Assembly (NCBI GenBank): GCA_017509785.1
Contig: JAFWOT010000025.1
Location: 60,394 to 124,393 of the forward strand
Length of the DNA stretch: 64,000 bases
DNA from: Clostridia bacterium
GTDB lineage: Bacteria; Bacillota; Clostridia; Christensenellales; CAG-138
Reading direction: 5' to 3'
Made by a program: the position numbers and the translations under genes. Within the stretch, counting starts at the first letter, position 1, and each line of letters begins with the position of its first letter. Below the pieces are notes generated by a model. It saw only the letters and a program-made list of their open reading frames with translations. It was not told where the DNA came from and made no database searches. This document shows, one piece after another, positions 30,372-39,155 of the stretch.

Positions 30372-31274
30372 ATGGACAAAAAGCTCATTTTAAAAGCCAC
30401 GGCTGCGACCGTGATCTGCCACGTTTTCTGGGGCTTCAGCTTTATGGCGTCGGGGTACGCTTTAAGGGAGGCCCACGTATTTCTGCTGCTCTCGCACAGG
30501 TTCCTGGCGGCCTTTATCGTGATGAGCCTGCTCGTGCTGCTGCGAGCGGCCAAGCTCAGCTTCAGGGGCAAGCGCATACTTCCGCTGCTGCTTCTCGGGG
30601 CGCTGGAGCCCGTCGTCTATTTCTTCGGCGAGCAGTACGGCATACTCCACTCGGGGACGGTGTTCTCCGGCGTTATGATAGCGATGATACCCGTGTTCTG
30701 CATATTGGCGGCGGCGGTGCTCCTCCGTGAGAGACCGACGGCGGGTCAGCTCGTTTTCAGCATAATTTCGGTGGGGGGCGTTATAGGACTCGGCCTCATG
30801 GGCGGAAGGAGCGGCACTGTCGAGCTCATCGGGGTGCTTGCGCTCCTTGTCGCCGTTATCGGCGCGACGGGCTACACCCTGCTTTCGAGGAAGCTCTCGA
30901 ACGAGTTCACCCCATTTGAGCGCACGTATATGATGATAGCAGTCGGCGCCGCCGTATTCACCGTCTGCGCCGCGATAAAATGCGGGTTCTCCCCCGCCGA
31001 ATACGTGAAGCCGTTTTCGGATATCAAATACCTGCTCTGCGTAGTATTCCTCGCGGTATTCTGTTCGGTCGTATGCTACTTCATGTCGGCATACGCGCTG
31101 ACGCATCTGCCCGTCGCGCGGGAGACCGTCTTCTCGAATCTGACGACGGCCGTCTCGGTATTCGCGGGGGTGGTGTTCATGCACGAGCCTTTCTCCTGGC
31201 TCGGGCTCGTCTGCTGCATACTGATACTCGCCGGCATCTACGGCGTGCAGAGGACGGCAAGGGACTCCGGCTGA
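30372..31274 (+). CDS. DMT superfamily (EamA) transporter
   Basis: About ten hydrophobic helices in two EamA-like halves. Confidence 0.85.
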   Translation: MDKKLILKATAATVICHVFWGFSFMASGYALREAHVFLLLSHRFLAAFIVMSLLVLLRAAKLSFRGKRILPLLLLGALEPVVYFFGEQYGILHSGTVFSGVMIAMIPVFCILAAAVLLRERPTAGQLVFSIISVGGVIGLGLMGGRSGTVELIGVLALLVAVIGATGYTLLSRKLSNEFTPFERTYMMIAVGAAVFTVCAAIKCGFSPAEYVKPFSDIKYLLCVVFLAVFCSVVCYFMSAYALTHLPVARETVFSNLTTAVSVFAGVVFMHEPFSWLGLVCCILILAGIYGVQRTARDSG

Positions 31275-31366
31275 CGCATAAGGCTTTTGCCGCCGTATTT
31301 ACTTTGCGGCGGGCCGCGTGTTATAATGATCTATCAAGGGCTTCGGCCCGCATTCTGAGGGAATCT

Positions 31367-33952
31367 TTGGAAAGGCTCGTTATAGGCATGCTGGCGCACG
31401 TCGACGCCGGCAAGACAACTTTATCGGAGGCGCTGCTCTATAAGGCGGGCGCGACGCGGCATTTGGGGCGTGTCGATCACAGGGACGCCTTTTTGGATAC
31501 GCACGAGCTTGAAAAGGAGCGCGGCATAACCATTTTTTCAAAGCAGGCGGAGCTTGAGCTGCCGGGAAAGTCCGTCACGCTCATGGATACGCCGGGGCAC
31601 GTGGATTTCTCCGCCGAGGCGGAGCGCGTACTGCAGGCGCTCGACTGCGCGATACTCGTCATATCCGCCTCCGAGGGGGTCCAGACGCACACCCTGACGC
31701 TGTGGGATCTCCTCACGCGGCACCGTGTGCCCGTTTTCATATTCGTAAACAAGACCGATCTGCCCTGCCCATCGAAGGAGGCGATAGTCCGCTCCCTTCG
31801 TGAAAAGCTCAGCGAGGCCTGCGTCGACTTCACGCAGGATGAAGCCGCCCTCTTTGAGGACGTCGCCTCCTGCGGGGAGGATCTGATGGAGGAGTATTTC
31901 GGGCGCGGTTCGCTCAGCCGCGAGCTCATCGCCCGCGCCGTGATGCATCGCCGCGTCTTCCCCGTCTGCTTCGGCTCGGCGCTGAAGCTCACCGGCGTCG
32001 ACGGGCTGATCGGGGCGCTCTCCTCATACACGAAGGCTCCGGAATACCCGGAGCAGTTCGGCGCGAAGGTCATAAAGGTCAGCCGCGCCGAGGGCGTGAG
32101 GCTCACGTTCATGAAGATAACCGGGGGCGTTCTCCGCGCCAAGCAGACGCTGACGAACCGCTCGGCCTCCGTACCGGAGGATAAGGTCTGGGAGGAGAAG
32201 GCCGATCAGATACGGCTCTATTCCGGGGCGAGGTTCGTTCCCCTTCCCGAGGCGGAGCCCGGGATGGTCGTCGCCGTGACGGGGCTTTCCGCCACTTTCG
32301 CGGGAGAGGGGCTCGGGTGCGACCCGGGCGACGCCGCGCCGAGGCTGAGGCCCGTCATATCGTATTCATTGAGATTCCCCGAGGGCGTGAACGCCTTCGA
32401 CGCCTACCGCCGCATCGCCCAGCTCAGCGAGGAGGAGCCTCTGCTCGATCTCGTATGGGATGAACAGCACGGCGAGATAAAGGCACTCCTGATGGGCGAG
32501 GTCCAGCGCGAGGTCCTCGCGAGGCTCATACGCGACAGGTTCGGCCTCGAAACGGAGTTCTGCGCAGGGTCCGTCATGTACATGGAGACCATATCCGCCC
32601 CCGTCCGCGGGATAGGGCATTTCGAGCCCCTGCGGCATTTCGCGCACGTCGAGCTGCGCCTTGAACCGCTTCCCCCGGGGAGCGGGCTGCAGTTTGAAAC
32701 GGAGGTCCCGCAGAACGAGCTCTCACGCTCCTGGCAGAGGCTGATACTGACGCACCTTGCCGAAAAGCGGCACCGGGGCGTGCTGACGGGCTCCCCGCTC
32801 ACGGACGTGAAGATAGTGCTGACGGGCGGAAAGGCGCATCTGAAGCACACCGAGGGAGGCGACTTCCGCCAGGCGACATACCGCGCCGTGAGGAACGCGC
32901 TCATGTTCGCCGGGAACGTGCTGTTGGAGCCGTATTACGAGTTCCGCCTTGAGGTGCCGGAGGAGAATATCGGCAGGGCGATGACGGATATTCGCCGCAT
33001 GGAGGGCGAGTTCACTCAGCCCGAAAACCTCGGGGGGACCGCCGTTCTCACGGGGACCGCGCCCGTTTCGGCGATGAGGGATTACGCAGCCTCGCTTGCC
33101 GCTTACACGCGCGGCAGAGGGAGGCTGAGCCTCACCCCGGCGGATCACCGCCCCTGTCACAATACCGAGGAGGTCGTGCGGGAGATCGGCTACGACCCCG
33201 AGTCCGACCTTCGCAATACGCCCGATTCGGTCTTCTGCGCAGGCGGCGCGGGCTTCACCGTGAAGTGGTTCGAGGTCGCCTCCTATCTGAAACAGCAGAA
33301 GTCGACCCCCAACGAGAAGATGCCCTCGAAGAAGCCCGTCATCCGAAGCGAGGACGACGAGCTGAAGGCCATATTCGAGCGCACCTACGGCAAGGTCGCG
33401 GAGACGAGCCTCCTTCCGAGGAGGAAGAAGGACGAGCCCGCGGCGGAGATCTCGAGGGAGGCGGGCGACGAGTATCTCCTCATAGACGGGTACAACGTGA
33501 TATTCGCGTGGGAGAGCCTGCGCTCGCTGGCGGCGGAATCGATCGATTCCGCGAGGGAAGCCCTGCGCAGGATGATGATAAACTACGCCGCCGTGAGAAG
33601 GACGACGCTCATACTCGTTTTCGACGCTTACAAGGTCTCGGGCGGGGCCGAGAAGGTCGAGGAGGACGGCGGCATATACGTCGTCTACACGAGAGAGAGC
33701 GAGATCGCGGACGTATTCATAGAGCGCGCCGTCCAGAAGCTGACGGACAGGAAGCGGAACGTGCGCGTCGTCACCTCGGACGGACTGGAACAGCTCATAG
33801 TCATGGGAAGGGGCGCCCTCCGCGTGCCGGCCTCCGCCTTCGAAAAGGAGGTGCAGCTCGCATCGGACAGGCTCTCCGATATTATGAAAAAGCTTCAAAC
33901 GGAAGGAAAAACGGTACTGCATCTATGGGAGAGGATGATTCAAAACTCATAG
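31367..33952 (+). CDS. TetM/EF-G-like translational GTPase fused to a C-terminal YacP/Rae1 NYN ribonuclease domain
   Basis: Likely TTG start at 31367 after GAGGGA (alternatively ATG at 31388). G motifs AHVDAGKTT, DTPGH, NKTD, with EF-G-like domains II-V to about nt 33300. NYN motifs LLIDGYNVIFAW, LVFDAYKV, YTRESEIADVFIE, VVTSDGLEQ (about 33470-33870). No stop codon between the two parts. Confidence 0.85.
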   Translation: MERLVIGMLAHVDAGKTTLSEALLYKAGATRHLGRVDHRDAFLDTHELEKERGITIFSKQAELELPGKSVTLMDTPGHVDFSAEAERVLQALDCAILVISASEGVQTHTLTLWDLLTRHRVPVFIFVNKTDLPCPSKEAIVRSLREKLSEACVDFTQDEAALFEDVASCGEDLMEEYFGRGSLSRELIARAVMHRRVFPVCFGSALKLTGVDGLIGALSSYTKAPEYPEQFGAKVIKVSRAEGVRLTFMKITGGVLRAKQTLTNRSASVPEDKVWEEKADQIRLYSGARFVPLPEAEPGMVVAVTGLSATFAGEGLGCDPGDAAPRLRPVISYSLRFPEGVNAFDAYRRIAQLSEEEPLLDLVWDEQHGEIKALLMGEVQREVLARLIRDRFGLETEFCAGSVMYMETISAPVRGIGHFEPLRHFAHVELRLEPLPPGSGLQFETEVPQNELSRSWQRLILTHLAEKRHRGVLTGSPLTDVKIVLTGGKAHLKHTEGGDFRQATYRAVRNALMFAGNVLLEPYYEFRLEVPEENIGRAMTDIRRMEGEFTQPENLGGTAVLTGTAPVSAMRDYAASLAAYTRGRGRLSLTPADHRPCHNTEEVVREIGYDPESDLRNTPDSVFCAGGAGFTVKWFEVASYLKQQKSTPNEKMPSKKPVIRSEDDELKAIFERTYGKVAETSLLPRRKKDEPAAEISREAGDEYLLIDGYNVIFAWESLRSLAAESIDSAREALRRMMINYAAVRRTTLILVFDAYKVSGGAEKVEEDGGIYVVYTRESEIADVFIERAVQKLTDRKRNVRVVTSDGLEQLIVMGRGALRVPASAFEKEVQLASDRLSDIMKKLQTEGKTVLHLWERMIQNS

Positions 33953-34671
33953 CGAGATTCTGCGAATTGGCCGACCGCGCCGACCGGACCGGCCTCTATA
34001 CGAATACGAAGTTCCTGAACGCAGCGGAGCAGTCCGTGCTTTTGAGGCTGCGCCTGCCCGTAAAGGCGGACCTTTGGGGCGGGTACGAAAACGCCGAGAG
34101 GCGTATCGCCGTTTTCGGGAGCGAGGAAACGGCGGGGTATGAGTTCACGCCGCCCATCGAATGCGTGCTCATCCGCCCCGCGAACGAGCGCTTCGCGGAC
34201 GAGCTCACCCACAGGGATTTTCTCGGCTCGCTCATGGGCCTCGGCGTGACGCGCGAGACGCTCGGGGATATAATAGTCGACGGGAACCGCGGTTACGTTT
34301 TCTGCCTCGATACGGTCGCGGGGTTCATATGCGATTCCCTGCGGGAGGTCAGGCGGACGAGCGTCCGCTGCGAAAGGGCGGAACCCCCGAAGCAGAGCGT
34401 GAACAGGGTCGAGCGGCGAAGCTGCACGGTCGCCTCCGAAAGGCTGGACGCGATAGTTTCCGCGGTCTGGAAACTCTCCCGCGGGGAGGCGAAGACCCTC
34501 TGCGAAAAGGAGCTCGTTTTCATCGATTCGAGAGTCTCCGCCAAGGGCGGCGCGCAGCTGAATGAGGGCGCCGTCGTCTCAGTCCGCGGGTACGGAAGGT
34601 TCCGCTTCCTCGGGATAGAGCGCGAGACGAAGAAGGGCAGGCTCCGGGTCACGGTCGAGGTATTCGTATGA
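33925..34671 (+). CDS. ylmH: YlmH-type S4-domain RNA-binding protein
   Basis: Aligns with B. subtilis YlmH as recalled (GGYENAERRIAVF; HRDFLGSLMGLGVTRETLGDI; VASERLDAIVS...VSVRGYGRFRF). Overlaps the upstream gene by 28 nt. Confidence 0.85.
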   Translation: MGEDDSKLIARFCELADRADRTGLYTNTKFLNAAEQSVLLRLRLPVKADLWGGYENAERRIAVFGSEETAGYEFTPPIECVLIRPANERFADELTHRDFLGSLMGLGVTRETLGDIIVDGNRGYVFCLDTVAGFICDSLREVRRTSVRCERAEPPKQSVNRVERRSCTVASERLDAIVSAVWKLSRGEAKTLCEKELVFIDSRVSAKGGAQLNEGAVVSVRGYGRFRFLGIERETKKGRLRVTVEVFV

Positions 34672-34772
34672 GGGTCTCCCCGTTTTCATTTTCATGCATC
34701 CTTTTCGGGTCGTGATGCGTTATATAAGTATAAGAAGCGGGGTAATACCCGCATAGAAAGGAACGGATACAC

Positions 34773-35768
34773 ATGAAACGCATAATTTCCATCGCAGTCA
34801 TACTTCTGATGCTCTTCTCGCTCTGCGCGTGCACCGGGAAGACGAACGAACCCGACTCTTCCGCGGAGCCTACCCGGGAGGCTCAGGCCCCCACCGATGA
34901 GCCTGCCGCAGAGCCCACCGAGGGACCCACCGAGGGACCCACCGAGGCGCCCGCGGAGCGCCCCTCCTGCGCGCTTGCGGAATACCCGAAGGTGGACGGC
35001 TCCACCGCCAACATACCGATGGCGCTCGGGCTTATCAAGGCAGTCACCGGATGCACGGACGACGAGGCTCAGGCCTCCATCAATTTCTCCACGACGGACT
35101 ACTCCTATGAGGCTCTTGCCGAGGGGCGCTGTGATATGCTCCTCGTTTACGAGGCGAGCCGCCCCACTAAGGAGCAGTACGATCCCGCGAACAACATGGA
35201 TATGCACCCCATCGGGCTTGACGCGCTCGTTTTCATCACCAACACGGACAACCCCGTCGATTCGCTCACGCTCGATCAGATCCGCGGCATTTTCAGCGGC
35301 GAGATCACCAACTGGAAGGACGTCGGCGGACTCGACGCCCCCATCAACGCCTTCCAGAGGCCGGAGCTTTCCGGCTCGCAGACGCTGATGCTCGACCTTT
35401 GCATGAAGGAGGTGCCCATGGCGCCCGTTGAACAGATCCTCGTCTCCAACACGATGGAGGACGTCATCAACGATATCGCCGCATATGACAACTCCGCGAA
35501 CGCGATAGGCTATTCCGTCTACTACTACGCAAAGAACATGTATACCTTCCCCAACCTCAAATTCATCACGGTCGATGGGGTGACCCCCACCAACGAGACG
35601 ATCAACTCCGGCGAGTATCCCTTCATCAATCCCTTCTACGCGATACTGCCGAAGCAGAACGTCGACCCGATGGCCGCCTCGATGGTGAACTGGCTTGAAA
35701 GCGAGGAGGGTCAGCTCTTCGTATCCCAGTGCGGGTACGTTCCCTATATGAAGGGTATCGCCGAATAA
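34773..35768 (+). CDS. PstS-like (PBP_like_2) substrate-binding lipoprotein
   Basis: Lipobox LFSLCAC and a P/T/E linker. SLTLDQIRGIFSGEITNWKDVGG and IGYSVYYYA are typical of the PstS family. No pstCAB genes are adjacent. Confidence 0.7.
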   Translation: MKRIISIAVILLMLFSLCACTGKTNEPDSSAEPTREAQAPTDEPAAEPTEGPTEGPTEAPAERPSCALAEYPKVDGSTANIPMALGLIKAVTGCTDDEAQASINFSTTDYSYEALAEGRCDMLLVYEASRPTKEQYDPANNMDMHPIGLDALVFITNTDNPVDSLTLDQIRGIFSGEITNWKDVGGLDAPINAFQRPELSGSQTLMLDLCMKEVPMAPVEQILVSNTMEDVINDIAAYDNSANAIGYSVYYYAKNMYTFPNLKFITVDGVTPTNETINSGEYPFINPFYAILPKQNVDPMAASMVNWLESEEGQLFVSQCGYVPYMKGIAE

Positions 35769-35786
35769 AAGCCGAAAGGAGCTCCT

Positions 35787-36974
35787 ATGAAACGCATCGT
35801 TTCCTTCGCGCTCATGCTCCTGCTGCTCGCGCTCTGCGCGTGCGGCAGCGAGCGGGAGCAGCAGGCCTCCGTTCCGACGGAGGCTCCGACGGAGCGGATA
35901 ACCGAGAGCCCGACGGCGGAACCCACCGCCGCCCCCACCGAGGCGCCGACCCCGGAGCCCACCGAGAAGCCGGATTTTTCGGGCCTCATACCGCAGACGG
36001 GCAGGCTCTGCGAGGGGCCGATTTTCCCCGAGCCCGGCAAATACCTCGTGCTGAGCGCGGGCGGCGGGCTGTTTCTCGTTTTCGACAACATGGGCGAGCT
36101 CATAAAGACGTTCAACGCCGTTGAGGACGATTCCGCCTTCGGCTCCCCCGGCATCTACGGCGAGGAAGGTATCTGCGAGGGCGTAAGGATCTCGACCGGA
36201 GAGGACCTTGGGATCTTCTCTCATTTTGACGACATAGTAATCAAAACCGCCTGGACGGAGAAAAAGGGTAAATGGAAATGCAGCGTCACCGAAGTGTTCG
36301 ACAAGGATTTCAACCTGCTGTTCTCGTTCGACGACGCCGACGAGGGATGCGTGGGCGATGATGGCGGCATACTCCATTTGGGTGACGACTATCTGTTCCT
36401 GGACCGCCACTGCGTTTATCACGGTTCAAAAGCTCCCGAATTGGTTTACAATTCGCCCATCCGCGTGTTCGGCTCCGACGGCTCAAGGAAGGCGGATATA
36501 GACCCAAAGCGCTTCCCCAGGCAGATAATGGGCGTTTTAGGCGGGAAATATCTCATTTGCGGCAGCGCTGAGCCCCAGCGTGACCCGTACTATTTCTGGG
36601 AGTCGCACGAGCTCTCCATCTGGGATATCAGCGGGAAAATGCTCATGGATAACGTCATGGTCTCCATCCGCTCCACGTACACGGTGGAAGCCGAGGGCGG
36701 GTACGGCGTACTGCTCGCGGGCGATTACCTTGAGGACGAGCATGGCTTCTGCTACAACTCGGAGCTTGAGATCGTTCCGGAGATCCCCGAGGGCGCCGAT
36801 ATCGATCCGTTCTGCGAACGATACGGGGCCGTCAACCTCCCGGACGTAAGGGTCTTTGACTACGACGGATATGTCTTCTCCGGAGTCAAGGACATGGACG
36901 GCAAGTGGCTCTTCCGTATCTATAATCCTAAGTTCGCAAGCGACAGTATCCCGAATCCCTGGAATTGGTTTTGA
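35787..36974 (+). CDS. Lipoprotein of unknown function, paralogue A
   Basis: Lipobox LLALCAC and an EAPTE-type linker. Conserved body shared with paralogue B (DNMGELIKTF, FRIYNPKFASD). Confidence 0.7.
   Translation: MKRIVSFALMLLLLALCACGSEREQQASVPTEAPTERITESPTAEPTAAPTEAPTPEPTEKPDFSGLIPQTGRLCEGPIFPEPGKYLVLSAGGGLFLVFDNMGELIKTFNAVEDDSAFGSPGIYGEEGICEGVRISTGEDLGIFSHFDDIVIKTAWTEKKGKWKCSVTEVFDKDFNLLFSFDDADEGCVGDDGGILHLGDDYLFLDRHCVYHGSKAPELVYNSPIRVFGSDGSRKADIDPKRFPRQIMGVLGGKYLICGSAEPQRDPYYFWESHELSIWDISGKMLMDNVMVSIRSTYTVEAEGGYGVLLAGDYLEDEHGFCYNSELEIVPEIPEGADIDPFCERYGAVNLPDVRVFDYDGYVFSGVKDMDGKWLFRIYNPKFASDSIPNPWNWF
35868..36036 (+). repeat. Copy 1 of a 169-bp near-identical segment shared by the two lipoprotein genes
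   Basis: TCCGTTCCGACGGAGGCTCCGACGGAGCGG...GGGCCGAT(T/A)TTCCCCGAGCCCG. Only a handful of mismatches against 37074-37242. Confidence 0.85.
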
Positions 36975-36995
36975 TCAGCGGAATAAGGAGGACGC

Positions 36996-38198
36996 ATGAA
37001 AATCCCGGCTTTGATCATTTCAATATTGCTGATCGCGTCCCTTGCCGGCTGCGGTAAGGCAGATCAGCATTCGTCCGTTCCGACGGAGGCTCCGACGGAG
37101 CGGCTGACCGAGAGCCCGACGGCGGAGCCCACCGCCGCCCCCACCGGGGCGCCGACCCCGGAACCCACCGAGAAGCCGGATTTTTCGGGCCTCATACCGC
37201 AGACGGGCAGGCTCTGCGAGGGGCCGATATTCCCCGAGCCCGCGAAGTATCTCGTAATATCCGGCGAGGGGGATAATTTCTACGTCTACGACAACATGGG
37301 CGAGCTCGTAAAGGTGTTCAAGGCGGTCGAGGATGAATACGCCTTCGGCGGGCCGGGCTTTTACGGCGAGGACGGCATCTGTGAGAACGTGCTGATAAGC
37401 ACGGGCGAGACCCTTGCCCCGTTCCACCTGTTCGGAAGCTGCTTCATATTCATTGACGAGGACTGGGAAAACGACAGCTTCCGTCTGAAAAGGATAGCGG
37501 ATGAGGATCTTCAAACGCTGTTCGAGTTCTCCGACGAGGAAGCGCCGGAGCTCGGCATTGCCGGCGGCGTGCTGAAGCTGGGCGACAGGTTCCTCGTGCT
37601 CGAACGCGAGCCGATATGGGACTTCGGCGAGAGCGAAACGAACGAAGATGAGATCCTGATCCTTGACGGAAAGGGCAAAACCGTCGGCCGCATCGACCCT
37701 GAGCCCTTCGGAAACATCATCGGGGTCTATGCCGACAAATACCTGATCTCCGGCGAGAGGATCCCCGACGGGGATGAGGACGAGCTCTCATACGAATCAT
37801 ACGGCTTCGTATGCACGCTTTACGACCTTGACGGGAACATGATCATGGATAGGGTCTACCCCGTCTTTACGAGTTCCTTCGCCATCGAGGACGAGGTGGA
37901 CATAGGAACTCTGCGCTATGCCGACTATCTGCGGGACAGCGACGGCCGTTATCTCGACTCCGATCTGAAGCCCGTTGAAAGCATCCCCGAATACGCTCCC
38001 TCCCCGACCTATCTGCGCTACGGGAACCTCAATTGGGAGATGGAAAAGCTCGGCTATTCCGCCGAGGTTTGGAGCGGAGTTTACTCGGGAGTGCGCCTTA
38101 TCGACGAGGACCGCAGGCCCGGCGAGTGGACGTTCCGCATCTATGACCCCAAGCTCGCGAGCGACCGCGACAACTCCCCCTGGCATTGGTGGGATTGA
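36996..38198 (+). CDS. Lipoprotein of unknown function, paralogue B
   Basis: Lipobox SLAGC. The first ~60 mature residues are almost identical to paralogue A. The C-terminus FRIYDPKLASD...PWHWWD parallels A. Confidence 0.7.
   Translation: MKIPALIISILLIASLAGCGKADQHSSVPTEAPTERLTESPTAEPTAAPTGAPTPEPTEKPDFSGLIPQTGRLCEGPIFPEPAKYLVISGEGDNFYVYDNMGELVKVFKAVEDEYAFGGPGFYGEDGICENVLISTGETLAPFHLFGSCFIFIDEDWENDSFRLKRIADEDLQTLFEFSDEEAPELGIAGGVLKLGDRFLVLEREPIWDFGESETNEDEILILDGKGKTVGRIDPEPFGNIIGVYADKYLISGERIPDGDEDELSYESYGFVCTLYDLDGNMIMDRVYPVFTSSFAIEDEVDIGTLRYADYLRDSDGRYLDSDLKPVESIPEYAPSPTYLRYGNLNWEMEKLGYSAEVWSGVYSGVRLIDEDRRPGEWTFRIYDPKLASDRDNSPWHWWD
37074..37242 (+). repeat. Copy 2 of the 169-bp near-identical segment
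   Basis: Aligns base for base with 35868-36036. The flanking coding sequence is much more diverged. Confidence 0.85.
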
Positions 38199-38286
38199 TA
38201 CCCGCATAAAAGGCGAAGGCCGAGGAAACCACGCCAGTCAGCAATGGTACAATGATGAAAACAAATCGAGGTTTCGGGAGGATCTT

Positions 38287-38856
38287 ATGTATTATCACGC
38301 TTCACCGATCGGGGGCATAACACAGTTGGAGCCACGCATTTCTAATCATGGCATCCCGCTGGTTTACTTTTCTAAAAAGAGAGAAAATGTTCTGGTCTAC
38401 CTGAGCAATGCAATTGAGAAGTATTGTAGAGAAACAGGATTCTCGTATGATGGCAAATGCCAAAAATGGGGCCCTTATGGTTTTAATAAAGATGGTCGTC
38501 TTCGGTTGGAAGAATACTATCCAAATGCGTTGATAAGTACCTACAAAGGCGTTTCTGGCTATATTTATAGTGCAGAAGCAATTACTGATTCCGGTTTTGC
38601 TGTTCAAATACCCGATGCAGCAACAAGCAGCATTCCAGTTGAGGTATCAAACTCGGAATACGTACCGGACGCATATGAGGCAATTCTACAAGCAGAAAGA
38701 GAAGGCCTGATCACTATCCTGCGTTACGAAGACATGTCTGAGAGGATGCGTGAGTGGAACGAAAAAACAATAAAGGATGAATATGAAGAAGCTACTGAGC
38801 ATCCGGAATACAGGCATTTCTTAAAAGGTAATTTCCCGAGTATCATAAAAGACTGA
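38287..38856 (+). CDS. Hypothetical protein on a low-GC islet
   Basis: ATG after GGGAGGA, 189 aa. Codon usage is visibly AT-richer than in the neighbours. I recognise no family. Confidence 0.55.
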   Translation: MYYHASPIGGITQLEPRISNHGIPLVYFSKKRENVLVYLSNAIEKYCRETGFSYDGKCQKWGPYGFNKDGRLRLEEYYPNALISTYKGVSGYIYSAEAITDSGFAVQIPDAATSSIPVEVSNSEYVPDAYEAILQAEREGLITILRYEDMSERMREWNEKTIKDEYEEATEHPEYRHFLKGNFPSIIKD

Positions 38857-38939
38857 CAGCTTCCGGTTTGCCGAATAGGTCATTCAGTTATAACGAGCAT
38901 CGGATCGTGCCCCACAAAACCCAGACCGCGCAGAGAAAC

Positions 38940-38979
38940 GGCGTGACCATAGCGGTCACGCCCGTTTCGTATCCTTTTT
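38940..38979 (+). terminator. Possible terminator after the low-GC gene
   Basis: GGCGTGACC-atagc-GGTCACGCC followed by CGTTTCGTATCCTTTTT. The T-run is not immediately adjacent. Confidence 0.4.
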
Positions 38980-39064
38980 AGCCGGGTATGGCTCCCTCAA
39001 ATCAACTTCCTTATGAAGTGTTGCTTGAAGTCTTCGCCTTTTTATGCAAAAAAGCCGATTTTTC

Positions 39065-39093
39065 TTGACAGGAAGCGCCGTTCACCATATAAT
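39065..39093 (+). promoter_or_regulatory. Consensus sigma-A promoter of the acyl-CoA ligase gene
   Basis: TTGACA (39065-39070), 17-nt spacer, TATAAT (39088-39093). Confidence 0.6.
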
Positions 39094-39155
39094 TGTGCGG
39101 GGGAAAACGGCGGGGCTTGTCGATTCTCCACGCATTTAACCGGAGGGATTTTCAA

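Noticed and set aside
31367-33300. Calling the TetM-like GTPase a tetracycline resistance (ribosomal protection) gene.
   Set aside because: The similarity I can see is at the level of the general TetM/EF-G GTPase family. The NYN fusion and the ylmH linkage point to a housekeeping or rescue role. A resistance call would need phylogenetic placement and MIC data.
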